Source: Thermoproteota archaeon (lineage in GTDB: Archaea > Korarchaeota > Korarchaeia > Korarchaeales > Korarchaeaceae). Taken from it: 28,423 nt of DNA. How positions within the stretch are numbered: position 1 is the stretch's first letter; the number at the start of each line of letters is the position of its first letter. The DNA is taken from contig JAVCBY010000010.1 in the NCBI GenBank assembly GCA_037917625.1, forward strand, positions 1 to 28,423, given 5' to 3'. The position numbers were made by a program, and so were the translations under genes. Below the pieces are notes generated by a model. That model was not told where the DNA came from, searched no databases, and was given only the letters and a program-made list of their open reading frames with translations. Positions 16,606 through 27,133 of the stretch are shown in pieces.

Positions 16606-18617
16606 AATTCAAAATTCGGTCTCAAAAACCAATCTACATCTATTGTTCCATCTTCCTTTTTATAAACATAAGAACCGCCAATAAATCCGAAGATTTCTCT
16701 TACCCTATCTTTTAATAAACCATCTTTACAAAGATACAATCCAAACCCGTTGGCAGGCCCTATTATTATTTTATCTCCGGATTCGCTATTAAGTTTCTCA
16801 GCGACATGATCAGGTAAAGATATTACCCATTCATAGACCGATACACCACGAGGAATTGGGCTTATATAAACGAAGTAAGTTGGAAAACCAAAAGCTCTTA
16901 ATGTTTGAGGTATTGTATAGTTAATTGTATATATTTCCCTCACAGGAGGATTCCATCTCTCATATCCCATCACAAACTTCATAAGATGCCAGTAATCCCA
17001 ATTTTTTGTGACGAATTGATCTACTCCATTCAAATCTTTTATTTTATTCCACAAATTATCAGGATTCTCTGTCATAATTTTCCGAAGTTCATAAGGTTTA
17101 AGATCAACATATTGTAGGTGAGTATTTTCAAGCCTCTCGGCGCCTCCTCTGTCTAAAACCCACTGGTAATAATACAACCAGGCCGGAACATCACCCAATA
17201 ACTCGGTTCTCACCTTTCCATCAGGATACAAGCTACTTATTATATTATACTCTTCTTCAGCCTGAATTAGAGCTCTCTTTGCTCCTTCTAATCCTGCAAC
17301 TACTTTCTTTTGTTTTATGTCAAAAGTTGCATTATCTAAGAACCAGAAGAAAAACAACGCTTGCCTTCTATTGTTGGCATCTTGATATAGTAAATCCAAT
17401 TTATCGGAATCGTACCAAGGAAAATCTCTATTGTAAAGCTTATCTCCTCCGCCAAGTTGAGGAGCTTTATTTGAATATAAATTCCATTGAAGCATTATCA
17501 AATCCCAAACATCATTATCTGTTGGTTTAAGAGTTCTTCCATTAATAAACAGCTCAGCATATTTTATTCCATATAGAGCATCAAAAATTGAATAGTCATT
17601 TGCAATTATTTTTCCGTTTAAACCTTCAAACATCTCTGGATGTTTTAAAATATCAAAACCAGAATCCTCTATCAATTTCAAATGCTTTGCTAGCATCCAT
17701 GTCTCTCTTCCAACATCAGGAAATAAAGAATAATGCCTCCTATATACCGAATGAAAGATTATTGGAGAAAAATCAACTAGCTTATTACCATATCCATCAA
17801 TTTGAGTAGCTCTAGTTAACAAAGAGATTTCATCAAAATTTTCTGGTAATTTCCTATCAGTAACACCAATTCCATAATAGGCTATGGCATTTATTGTGGC
17901 ATTTTTAGCCAATTCCTTATCAAAACCAAGTCTTAATCCTAAATCAGAGGAATAATCAATAGTTTTCATAGGATCTAATATTTTAAAACTTTGTATGTTC
18001 TCATAGAGTGATTTTATTTTATAAACCTCGTCATACAACCCTTCAACTAAATGAGAAAAATTCCTCGAATATGCTAGCTCTTCGTCAGTTATTTTGCTAT
18101 CAGAAGCCTTATCTCTCAAATAATTAATAAATATTGGTATATCAAGAATTTCTTTGTTGTTTGCCATCAATTCAACAAATTCCCTTTCATTTCTATCTTG
18201 AATTCCATCTTTATCTAATGGCTTAATAATATCAATATATTTTTCCAACCCTGAATCCAAAGCTTGCTTAAAATTAAGATTTGGTTTTAAAGGATCTGTA
18301 TTATAAACAAAAATTTCCTCAGGATCCGACAATCCATCATTGTCGGTATCTTTCTTGTTAGGATCTGTATGATATTTCTCTATTTCATCGACGTCTTTAA
18401 TTCCATCACCATCGCTATCTCTATTTCTTCTCCAGTTTTCATAAGCAAAATAAGCACCTATCAAACTAGCGGTTCCAATACCGCCTATAATGATAGCTCT
18501 ACCTAGAGCATTCTTTCCGACAGAATCCTTAGCATGTACTAAAGTGCTGCTCTCCTCATAAAATTGTCTTACATCATCTTGATAAAGTCCCTCCTTCAGT
18601 TTCTTGAGGACATTCAC
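16587..18617 (-). CDS. 676-aa membrane-anchored protein with Ca-binding DxDxDG (TSP3-like) repeats and an unknown C-terminal domain
   Basis: TM segment AIIIGGIGTASLIGAYFAY, then DSDGDGIKDVDE...TDPNKKDTDNDGLSDPEE...TDPL. Confidence 0.8.
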   Translation of the reverse strand: MNVLKKLKEGLYQDDVRQFYEESSTLVHAKDSVGKNALGRAIIIGGIGTASLIGAYFAYENWRRNRDSDGDGIKDVDEIEKYHTDPNKKDTDNDGLSDPEEIFVYNTDPLKPNLNFKQALDSGLEKYIDIIKPLDKDGIQDRNEREFVELMANNKEILDIPIFINYLRDKASDSKITDEELAYSRNFSHLVEGLYDEVYKIKSLYENIQSFKILDPMKTIDYSSDLGLRLGFDKELAKNATINAIAYYGIGVTDRKLPENFDEISLLTRATQIDGYGNKLVDFSPIIFHSVYRRHYSLFPDVGRETWMLAKHLKLIEDSGFDILKHPEMFEGLNGKIIANDYSIFDALYGIKYAELFINGRTLKPTDNDVWDLIMLQWNLYSNKAPQLGGGDKLYNRDFPWYDSDKLDLLYQDANNRRQALFFFWFLDNATFDIKQKKVVAGLEGAKRALIQAEEEYNIISSLYPDGKVRTELLGDVPAWLYYYQWVLDRGGAERLENTHLQYVDLKPYELRKIMTENPDNLWNKIKDLNGVDQFVTKNWDYWHLMKFVMGYERWNPPVREIYTINYTIPQTLRAFGFPTYFVYISPIPRGVSVYEWVISLPDHVAEKLNSESGDKIIIGPANGFGLYLCKDGLLKDRVREIFGFIGGSYVYKKEDGTIDVDWFLRPNFEFYFLKK

Positions 18618-18630
18618 AAGCGATTTAGGT

Positions 18631-18654
18631 GCGAAAAATATTTAAAATTTTCGC
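18631..18654. promoter_or_regulatory. Bidirectional BRE-TATA-BRE promoter / inverted repeat
   Basis: GCGAAAA-ATATTTAAAA-TTTTCGC, centred between the divergent starts at 18617 (-) and 18669 (+). Confidence 0.65.
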
Positions 18655-18668
18655 TTATAGTTAATAGT

Positions 18669-20069
18669 ATGAGAGTAGATGAAAAACTTTTACATTATTC
18701 AAGTAAAGATGGAGTTGAATATAAAAAGACTCTAGAGGAAGTCACAGCTTTTATTTCTTATAAATCCCTAGAGGATGAAGAAAGAAAAGAATATGCTAAG
18801 TATCTCGATGAATTGGGGCCAGCCCTATTCCATCTTTCACCCTCTGAAGTCTCAATGATTGAACTATCCCTGCCCCCTTACAGTGAAATAGAGATGGAAG
18901 TTTATAAAAGGATAGGAATAAGCGAAGATGAGATAAAAAAGTTAAAAAGATATAGGGAAAGAACGAGAAAATATGTGTTCAGAGTTCCTGGCATAAATGT
19001 GCTGGCAATCTATTTACTAAAATTTCTCTCAATTTTCGATAAGGAGCTTAAAGAGGAAATTAATGTTAAAAGGCAGATTAACGAGAGGCTTTTTACGAAA
19101 GAATATAAAGATATCCTGGAGGAAAGATCAAAAGAAATTCTCAGATCTTCGAGATTAGCAACCATACCAATCTATGTCTCTTCTGGAGTTCTTCATTACC
19201 TAAGGAGCTCGGACATCACAGTAGAAATAGCCTATCTTTCCTCCATATTAATATTAAATATTTTAACTTATTTACCCTATATTTCAGAAAATTTTAAAAG
19301 CAAAAAATACAGAAAGATAGTTCCTTACATTCAAATGTTAACGCTCTCCTCGTTTGGAGCTTATATTTACTACAAAAGCTTCGACCCGATGCTGATGGGA
19401 GCCTATTTACTAACGGTGACACTGCCTTATTGGATCCTCAGGCTTTTCGAGATTGGTTTAAGTCGAACTATCTCTAATTTTATAGAAAAAGGATGGCCTT
19501 ACTTTCCAAAAATAATCAGAAAAGCTATAGATAAGTTGAGAAGATTTTTAGCAAACATAAAAGTAAACCCCTTTAATGAAAAAGAAATTTATGAAGAACT
19601 TTACAACGCATCAGTGAGGCTGGAGGGGGTCTCTTCCTTACCATCCTCTGTCTTTGAAGAATTTAGGGAAAAATTAAGCAAAAAGATTATAAAATTAGAA
19701 AATCCGGAAGAAAAGCTCGCCTTGCCTTATGTTTTAGGCTACTACAGAAAGGAAATTGTTCTAATAGAAGATGATAGAAAAATGAAAATTGTGAATAGAA
19801 GAGCCCTGGAGGAATTGGCGAAATCATACGGAATGTCCACGGAAGATTTCGAAAGAGAAGTCTCGAAATTTCCCTGGAAATATTTAGAGGCTGATCTAGT
19901 TGACGGAAAATTAGTTTATGGAAGAAGCGTTATAGGCATGTATAACTTTAAGAATGAGGCAATAAGAAAAGGAGTTGCCGCAAAAGAGGTGGAGGCTTGT
20001 TTGATAAATCTCTACGCTAAAGATCTCATAATGACTAAATATCTTCAAATCACTGAGGGTAATTCTTAA
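18669..20069 (+). CDS. Hypothetical polytopic membrane protein (466 aa)
   Basis: Long ORF with a central cluster of 3-4 hydrophobic helices; ATG 18669 preferred over TTG 18564 because the latter overlaps the divergent gene. Confidence 0.8.
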   Translation: MRVDEKLLHYSSKDGVEYKKTLEEVTAFISYKSLEDEERKEYAKYLDELGPALFHLSPSEVSMIELSLPPYSEIEMEVYKRIGISEDEIKKLKRYRERTRKYVFRVPGINVLAIYLLKFLSIFDKELKEEINVKRQINERLFTKEYKDILEERSKEILRSSRLATIPIYVSSGVLHYLRSSDITVEIAYLSSILILNILTYLPYISENFKSKKYRKIVPYIQMLTLSSFGAYIYYKSFDPMLMGAYLLTVTLPYWILRLFEIGLSRTISNFIEKGWPYFPKIIRKAIDKLRRFLANIKVNPFNEKEIYEELYNASVRLEGVSSLPSSVFEEFREKLSKKIIKLENPEEKLALPYVLGYYRKEIVLIEDDRKMKIVNRRALEELAKSYGMSTEDFEREVSKFPWKYLEADLVDGKLVYGRSVIGMYNFKNEAIRKGVAAKEVEACLINLYAKDLIMTKYLQITEGNS

Positions 20070-20116
20070 TTTTCATTCCTAAAAACATTTAAAAATCGTG
20101 GGAATTAAAATAGTAT

Positions 20117-20600
20117 ATGAACATAATGACAGAAGCATTAATGATATCATTTTTTCGTTTTCCGATTTTTCTCAATCAAGTTTTACTGATTAAGCGATGT
20201 TTGGGTGAGTTGCGAACCCGTGAACATATCGGTCAGAGATTTGTAGTTAGTGGTACAGCATATTAGTTGTTCATGGATGACAATCTTCTTGCTTTACAAC
20301 CACTCAACCCACAACCACCTCCACTGCTGTTCCGCTATGTACTAGAAAACCCAACAATATCACCCTCTTCCAAAACAGACTCTCCCGGCCAAACACTAAC
20401 TTATTACATAAGAGCAGCGATAACTCGGCTTGACTCACCAACGTTTAACTTAACATTTCCATCTCGCCCAGGCTTCACTGCAAATTTATCCGCTGTATAG
20501 AGGGTGAAGTATGCTTTCCTTCTGATAGTTTTTCTAAAATTAGTCCTGGCATCTTCGGTTCAATTTAACTCCCCCTCAACAACATTGACCGGAAATCTCA
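20117..20600 (+). pseudogene. Decayed 5' part of a Cys/Thr-rich surface protein with an Ig-like (NEW3-type) domain
   Basis: TTTAAAAA promoter and ATG 20117 with a broken signal-like peptide; SSCFTTTQPTTTSTAVPLCTR, then a frameshift to NPTISPSSKTDSPGQTLTYYI...TFNLTFPSRPGFTANLS. Confidence 0.6.
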
Positions 20601-20783
20601 TGTATCCGGACATCGGTGGGTCTAGTATGGGGAGAGCGTTCACTCGATCAGCTACTTTTTCATAAAATTTTTACTTTCCCTCATAGTTAATTATATTATT
20701 TAATTTGGCTGATAACTTAAGTTGGGGCTAGTGTCACCATGGGAAAAGATAACATAATATTGAGAATCCTCGACATAACTTAG

Positions 20784-22142
<1,359 letters not shown>

Positions 22143-22159
22143 ACATTTTTTATTCCTAG

Positions 22160-22621
22160 ATGATACCCGGGAGGCCCGAGATATTCAGAGTTGGCCCTAA
22201 GTACCTGATGTTAGTTGGGTTAAGGGGCAAGCCGAGGAATAGAGCTGAAATCGCTCTGATTCCTGCCTCTCTGATAGCCTCGAAGAGGCACCTCCTGATG
22301 GCAGCGATAAGGGCGATTAGGAGCTTCTACTACGGTGTCAACATATCCGATAAGTTCGCTTATGAGGTGTGCATATGCCTCCTCGGCATCAGGGAGGTAT
22401 CGAGGATCATAAAGCTCCTTTCCGATCATGATGAATATGCTTTAATTCTGCATTGTGATGAGATAAAAGATTGTTTAAGGTCTCTTATAAGTATAACGAT
22501 GGAAGATGTGGCTCTATCCGATATTGAAGCAACTTATGAGCCTCAGAAGATGGTCAGTTGTACTGGTAACGTTGAATGCCTCGCGATGGAGCAGGGCATT
22601 TCCATTGAGCTCGAGAGGTAG
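22160..22621 (+). CDS. cgi121: KEOPS complex subunit Cgi121
   Basis: IASKRHLLMAAIRAIRSF..GVNISDKFAYEV....GIREVSRII follows the Cgi121 pattern. Confidence 0.75.
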   Translation: MIPGRPEIFRVGPKYLMLVGLRGKPRNRAEIALIPASLIASKRHLLMAAIRAIRSFYYGVNISDKFAYEVCICLLGIREVSRIIKLLSDHDEYALILHCDEIKDCLRSLISITMEDVALSDIEATYEPQKMVSCTGNVECLAMEQGISIELER

Positions 22622-22655
22622 CAATATTAAATAGTACGGGGGGACTCAAGAGAGT

Positions 22656-22976
22656 ATGTCATCCGATGAGTACCTTCAGGCTAAAGCTGAGGAGATACTA
22701 GCTGAGTTGAATCAGGTTTTAGTTCAATTAGCGACACTTAGGGCTGAATACAACTCGGTGAGTGAGGCAATAAGGAGGCTCGAGGGACTTCCGGAGGTGG
22801 ATGAGATATTCGAGAGGGTCGGGGTGCTCTACATAAGGAGGGACAGGGAATCCGTGCTTTTAGACCTGAAGGCAACTAAGGAGACCCTAGAGGCTACGAT
22901 AAAATCCCTTGAGAAGAAGGAAAGAGACCTCAGGGAGACCTTGAGCAGAGTGGCTAGCTCTACTCGAAGTAGCTGA
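22656..22976 (+). CDS. pfdB: Prefoldin beta subunit
   Basis: Coiled coil - beta hairpin (IFERVGVLYIRRD) - coiled coil; 106 aa. Confidence 0.85.
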   Translation: MSSDEYLQAKAEEILAELNQVLVQLATLRAEYNSVSEAIRRLEGLPEVDEIFERVGVLYIRRDRESVLLDLKATKETLEATIKSLEKKERDLRETLSRVASSTRSS

Positions 22977-24297
22977 GTAAGTTCTCCTCGAAGTCTTCCT
23001 TCATCTTTCTCGGTATTTGAGCTCCTGCTGCATGCTTATGCCCCCCTCCCCTTCCTCCAACTGTAGTAGAAGCTTCCCTCAATATTTCATTCAGATCTAA
23101 ACCACTCGCCCTATTCGTGAGCCTGGCAGATACCTTCAGCATATCTCCCTCAGTCTCAGCGTATCCTATTATCAGGTCCACGTTCCTGATGCTCTTACTC
23201 ATTATGGATGTCACGGTGCTTATGATCGTATCCTCCGCTATACCTTCATCTATGAATGCGACCTTCCCGATAACCCTGGGCTTGAGATCCCTGAGCAAGC
23301 TTGAGAGGTGCCTTTTATAATCCTGCAGGACCGATAGTGCTGAGGAGAGTATATCGCCCCTCATCCCAGATGCTAAGAGAGCTCCCAAGTAGCCCCTGCC
23401 CATCCTACCGCAAGCGTTGAGTATTGTTGAGAAGCTAGATAGATCCCTCAGGGGGGAGCCTTTCGGCTCCATCAAGTTCACATAAGTGTTCCCTAGGAGA
23501 GACTTAGCTTTATCCAGGCTCTCAACTCTCTTAACTAACTCGTTCATCAGGTCCCTCTTCTGCTCCTCGCTCAGATCGGATAGCGTGACCCACTTATCCC
23601 CTATCTTTATTGGGATCCCTAAGGATTCTATCAAGCTCAAAGCACCAGCTGAATCATCCGAAACCCCCCTTATGAATGGTTCCACAGTCCTCTCTAGGGA
23701 GGAGACTAGAGGGTAATCAGGGCCACCGAAAAGCCTTATCTCCTTTTTGACCTCTATTATGCCTCTCTCCATCCCCCAATTCAGTATAGCTTCGTTCAGC
23801 CCACTGAAGCCCCCGTTCTCCTGGAGGTCGCCTAGAGCTCCAACTAAGGCCACTGGTACCATCGAGTGATCCTTGAAGAACTCCCTGTAAAGGAGGAAGC
23901 ACAAGCCTGAGGAACTAACATCCCTATCCCCATCTATCCCCTCAGTGAATGGATTCAACATCGGGATCTCGTAGCTGGATGGCCTATGATGGTCTATAAC
24001 GAAGACCCTCTTGCCCATCGATTTCAAGAGCTCGGCTTCCCCTGACCCCAGATCCAGGAATATGTAAAGATCGTAAGGCTCCTTCTTGAGCCTCTCTATC
24101 AGAGAATCGCTTATGTATTTGACTGAACTTAAGTGGAAAGGTACCCCAAATCTCTTGAGGATGGAGATAAATATACCAGCTGAACTGAGCCCATCAGCAT
24201 CTATATGCGAGATCACCCTGACGTGGGAGCTCTTAAAGCTCCCATAAAGCTCGTCCGCGAACTCCTTGACCCTATCAAAGAACTTGCTTAATGCCAT
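22960..24297 (-). CDS. RecJ/Cdc45-like DHH phosphoesterase (GAN-type)
   Basis: SHIDADG, DLGSG, IDHH, GALGD, LNACGR, GGGHKHAAG; directly downstream of rps15. Confidence 0.92.
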   Translation of the reverse strand: MALSKFFDRVKEFADELYGSFKSSHVRVISHIDADGLSSAGIFISILKRFGVPFHLSSVKYISDSLIERLKKEPYDLYIFLDLGSGEAELLKSMGKRVFVIDHHRPSSYEIPMLNPFTEGIDGDRDVSSSGLCFLLYREFFKDHSMVPVALVGALGDLQENGGFSGLNEAILNWGMERGIIEVKKEIRLFGGPDYPLVSSLERTVEPFIRGVSDDSAGALSLIESLGIPIKIGDKWVTLSDLSEEQKRDLMNELVKRVESLDKAKSLLGNTYVNLMEPKGSPLRDLSSFSTILNACGRMGRGYLGALLASGMRGDILSSALSVLQDYKRHLSSLLRDLKPRVIGKVAFIDEGIAEDTIISTVTSIMSKSIRNVDLIIGYAETEGDMLKVSARLTNRASGLDLNEILREASTTVGGRGGGHKHAAGAQIPRKMKEDFEENLLSYFE

Positions 24298-24298
24298 T

Positions 24299-24754
24299 TT
24301 AGGCAGCGTAGAGCTCAGCTAACTCCGGAGTATAGCGCCAATCGGGCGGGAGCTTACCGACCCTCTTATAATATTTCACGAGCCTTCCTATCTTTGATTC
24401 AGTCAGTATTAGCCCTCTCTTTGCATGAAGGTCCTTCTTATGTTCCTCTAAATGCTTCCTTATCTTATAGGCTTTATTTATAAGGGCCATTAGGTCCTCA
24501 GGTATCTTCTGAGCAACTCCTCCCTCCTCCAGTATCTCAGTTATCTTCTTCCCAGTGATCCTCTTGACCAATGGGACCCCGTACTCATCCCTCAGGATCA
24601 TCCCTATCTGACTAGGCGGGATCCCCCTCTTACCCAGCTTTATCACGAGCTCCTCTATCTCTTCCTTCTTCATCTGGACCCAATCCAGTGAGAAACTCCT
24701 GGGTGGTCTCTTCGACTCTGATTTACCTCTCTTTCTACTGTGAAGCCTCGCCAT
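24299..24754 (-). CDS. rps15: 30S ribosomal protein S15 (uS15, S13e type)
   Basis: [50 protein letters not shown]. Confidence 0.97.
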   Translation of the reverse strand: MARLHSRKRGKSESKRPPRSFSLDWVQMKKEEIEELVIKLGKRGIPPSQIGMILRDEYGVPLVKRITGKKITEILEEGGVAQKIPEDLMALINKAYKIRKHLEEHKKDLHAKRGLILTESKIGRLVKYYKRVGKLPPDWRYTPELAELYAA

Positions 24755-24805
24755 ACTTTCACCTCTTGGGTTCTCCCGCCCCTCCCTTACACTCACTCCT
24801 ATTTA

Positions 24806-24885
24806 TGTTTATCCTCAGTCAGAGGCTCATGCGGGTCGCGATCATCAGACCCGCGAGGACAGGGTTGGGGGTGCCGAGCCTCATT
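24806..24885 (-). ncRNA. Candidate structured RNA (hairpin/K-loop plus pseudoknot) upstream of rps15
   Basis: Three 7-bp helices in a GC-rich intergenic patch; a G:U pair favours the minus strand. Confidence 0.5.
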
Positions 24886-24919
24886 GCACTAAAAATAACT
24901 GATGAGATTCTTTCATACC

Positions 24920-25474
24920 TTACGTAAATCTATCTATTCCAAACCTAACTAAGAACTCCCTCAACTTTCGGCAGGATGCTCCCCTATGGGAGAACTTATC
25001 TTTCTCATCCCCGAGCTCCCCATAGGTCTTATTAGAGCCGTTAGGGATGAATATGGGGTCGAACCCCCATCCTTCTCCCCTGATCTCCTTCGCTATGGTC
25101 CCTTGGACTCTCCCCTCGAAGACCTCTATCCTCCTATCGTAGCTCAAGGCTATGACTGAGACGAAGAAGGCTCTCCTATCCTCTATGCCATCCATCAACT
25201 TTAGGACTCCCTCATTCCCGATCTTCTTGAATACATAAGAGGAATAAGGTCCTGGAAAGCCTTTGAGAGCTTCTATGAAGAGACCGGAGTCCTCTATGAA
25301 GAAAGGCTCCCTGACGTAATTCGACAACCATTTCGCAGAAGCTACTACTATCTCCCTCGTGTCCTCCCCCTGAGGCTCCAGATAATCCACTTCGAGGAAC
25401 TTGAGATCGATCAGGTCAGATAGCATCCTCTTGAACTCCTCATACTTATGCCTGTTGGAGGAAGCGAATATCAC
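24920..25474 (-). CDS. rdgB: Non-canonical purine NTP pyrophosphatase (RdgB/Ham1)
   Basis: SSNRHKYEE, EDSGLFIEALKGFPGPYS, GFDPIF, SHRG. Confidence 0.96.
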   Translation of the reverse strand: MIFASSNRHKYEEFKRMLSDLIDLKFLEVDYLEPQGEDTREIVVASAKWLSNYVREPFFIEDSGLFIEALKGFPGPYSSYVFKKIGNEGVLKLMDGIEDRRAFFVSVIALSYDRRIEVFEGRVQGTIAKEIRGEGWGFDPIFIPNGSNKTYGELGDEKDKFSHRGASCRKLREFLVRFGIDRFT

Positions 25475-26055
25475 TTATACCTACCCCTGGCCTCTACCTC
25501 CCCTAACCTCTTTATTACGCGTTCCGCTATGTCGCAATTCTCATACCCCCTGAGGAAAGAGCTCCATAGAGGCTCCCAATCATCTGTTATCGACTTCAAA
25601 GATCTCTTCAACACGTATAGGTCGACAGCATAACTCTCTATATCATGAGTGTATTCCGCTAGCCCGAAATCCAGTAAGCATATACCACTCTCACTCACGA
25701 TCGCATTATAAGGTGTGAGGTCATTATGCGCTATATTAGCTCTGTGAAGCTTACAAGAGGCTAGGCCAAAGGCGAACATACTCTCTTCATTTATAGAATC
25801 GGCCATCCTAATACCATGGACATACTCCATCATTATGGAATCCTCCCAGACATCTAGAATCGCTGGGACAGGGACTCCAGCTATTCTAGCTCTCCTCATG
25901 AGCCTAGCTTCTTTTCTCGTCCTCATTATCCTGATCATCCTATCTAGCTCACTGATCCTATATCCCTTGCTTACCCTCCTCTTTATCACGATGGGGAGGC
26001 CCAAGAAGTCCGCTTTATATAGCTCAGCCTCGGCCCCTCTGTAGATCAGCTCCAT
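25471..26055 (-). CDS. bud32: KEOPS complex kinase/ATPase Bud32
   Basis: RGAEA, KRRVSKGYR, RTRKEAR, HNDLTPYN, DFGL, AVDLYVL, RGRY C-terminus. Confidence 0.94.
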   Translation of the reverse strand: MELIYRGAEAELYKADFLGLPIVIKRRVSKGYRISELDRMIRIMRTRKEARLMRRARIAGVPVPAILDVWEDSIMMEYVHGIRMADSINEESMFAFGLASCKLHRANIAHNDLTPYNAIVSESGICLLDFGLAEYTHDIESYAVDLYVLKRSLKSITDDWEPLWSSFLRGYENCDIAERVIKRLGEVEARGRYK

Positions 26056-26711
26056 CCGTATCTACCCCTCAGGGGGACGAAAGCTACTTCAGTTATATGC
26101 TTCTTGATCAAATTATCGCCTCTCTTCTCAACTAGCAGGAGGTCCTGGCCCCAGAAACCCGGGCTTCCGACAGGTATGACGAGCTTCCCACCATCAGCTA
26201 ACATCTCGATGAGGGGAGGTGGTATCTGCGGCGCTGCTGCCGTGACAACTATCCTATCGACTTTCCTCTTGAGAGGCAACCCTGAGCTACCGTCAGCATT
26301 TATCACATGGACCCTCGAGGAATAGCCAGCTTTACTGAGGTTCTCGAAGGCTAGTGAGGCTAGCTTAGGATTTATCTCGACGGTTATCACGGTCCCCCAT
26401 CTAGATGGTGGTGAGTCGCTGGGAGCGACTATCTCAGCTATAGTAGCTGCATGATAACCGCTACCGGATCCCACTTCGAGGACTAACTGCCCCTCCTCGA
26501 GATCGAGTAACTCGTTCATAATGAAGACCATGTGGGGGGCGCTTATCGTCTGACCCTCACCTATAGGTAGAGGTATGTCCTCATAGGCAGCTCCTCTATA
26601 CCTCTCAGGGACGAATAGCTCCCTCTTAACCCTCTCAGCCGCTCTCCTCACCTTCTCCGTTTTTATTATACCCCTCCTGATCAAGCTCTCGATGAGTCTA
26701 ACGTGATCCAT
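26046..26711 (-). CDS. pcm: Protein-L-isoaspartate O-methyltransferase
   Basis: GQTISAPHMV, LEVGSGSGY, VTAAA, GGKLVIPVG, FVPL. Confidence 0.96.
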   Translation of the reverse strand: MDHVRLIESLIRRGIIKTEKVRRAAERVKRELFVPERYRGAAYEDIPLPIGEGQTISAPHMVFIMNELLDLEEGQLVLEVGSGSGYHAATIAEIVAPSDSPPSRWGTVITVEINPKLASLAFENLSKAGYSSRVHVINADGSSGLPLKRKVDRIVVTAAAPQIPPPLIEMLADGGKLVIPVGSPGFWGQDLLLVEKRGDNLIKKHITEVAFVPLRGRYGWS

Positions 26712-26725
26712 CCGGGTGCTTCGGC

Positions 26726-27133
26726 ATGGAGAGAATATTAGCTTACGGTCACCCTAACATAAGGGCTAGGCATAAGACTACGATGCAATTGACTAAGGAT
26801 GAGGAGATAAGCGTTAGAGCAGACTGCATAATAGGAGTGAGGGCAGATAAGTCTGTATACGGCTTGAGTGAGGGGCTCAAGAGGCACTTGCTCGAGGGAG
26901 GGGGGATAGAGATCGAGATAATCGTAGGTGAATTGAGGTTCGCTCTCAGGGCAGAGGGCCACCCTGAGCTGAAGTTAAGCGATCCCAGGGACTTGGTCAT
27001 AAGGAAATCGAGTTACATAGATGGGAGGACTCTAGCGATAAGGGCCACAGCTTCCTCAGCGGAGCTACCTAGGGAGATGGTGAGGGCCCTCAGGGACCCG
27101 GAGGCGGAACTAAACTTATTGATATACTTCTAG
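26726..27133 (+). CDS. DUF371 family protein
   Basis: GHPNIRARHKTT, DCIIGV, VIRKSSYIDGRT. Confidence 0.9.
   Translation: MERILAYGHPNIRARHKTTMQLTKDEEISVRADCIIGVRADKSVYGLSEGLKRHLLEGGGIEIEIIVGELRFALRAEGHPELKLSDPRDLVIRKSSYIDGRTLAIRATASSAELPREMVRALRDPEAELNLLIYF

Larger units (their letters stand above)
13750..20650. mobile_element. AT-rich horizontally acquired island (no integrase seen); borders approximate
   Basis: Abrupt switch to AT-rich DNA and AAA/GAA/AGA/ATT codons directly after tRNA-Phe; ORFans, pseudogenes and an extra tRNA; host style resumes by 20793. Confidence 0.8.

Noticed and set aside
20587-20639. GACCGGAA and GGGAGAGCGT match parts of tRNA-Phe, a possible attR
   Set aside because: Only 8 and 10 nt, in the wrong order, and not the tRNA 3' end; no convincing att duplication was found.
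24841-24910. CTGATGA motifs on both strands suggesting a hammerhead ribozyme
   Set aside because: No correctly placed GAAA or stems II/III.
22160-26055. Cgi121 and Bud32 close together without Kae1 or Pcc1
   Set aside because: Dispersed KEOPS genes are common in archaea; the other subunits are probably outside the window.
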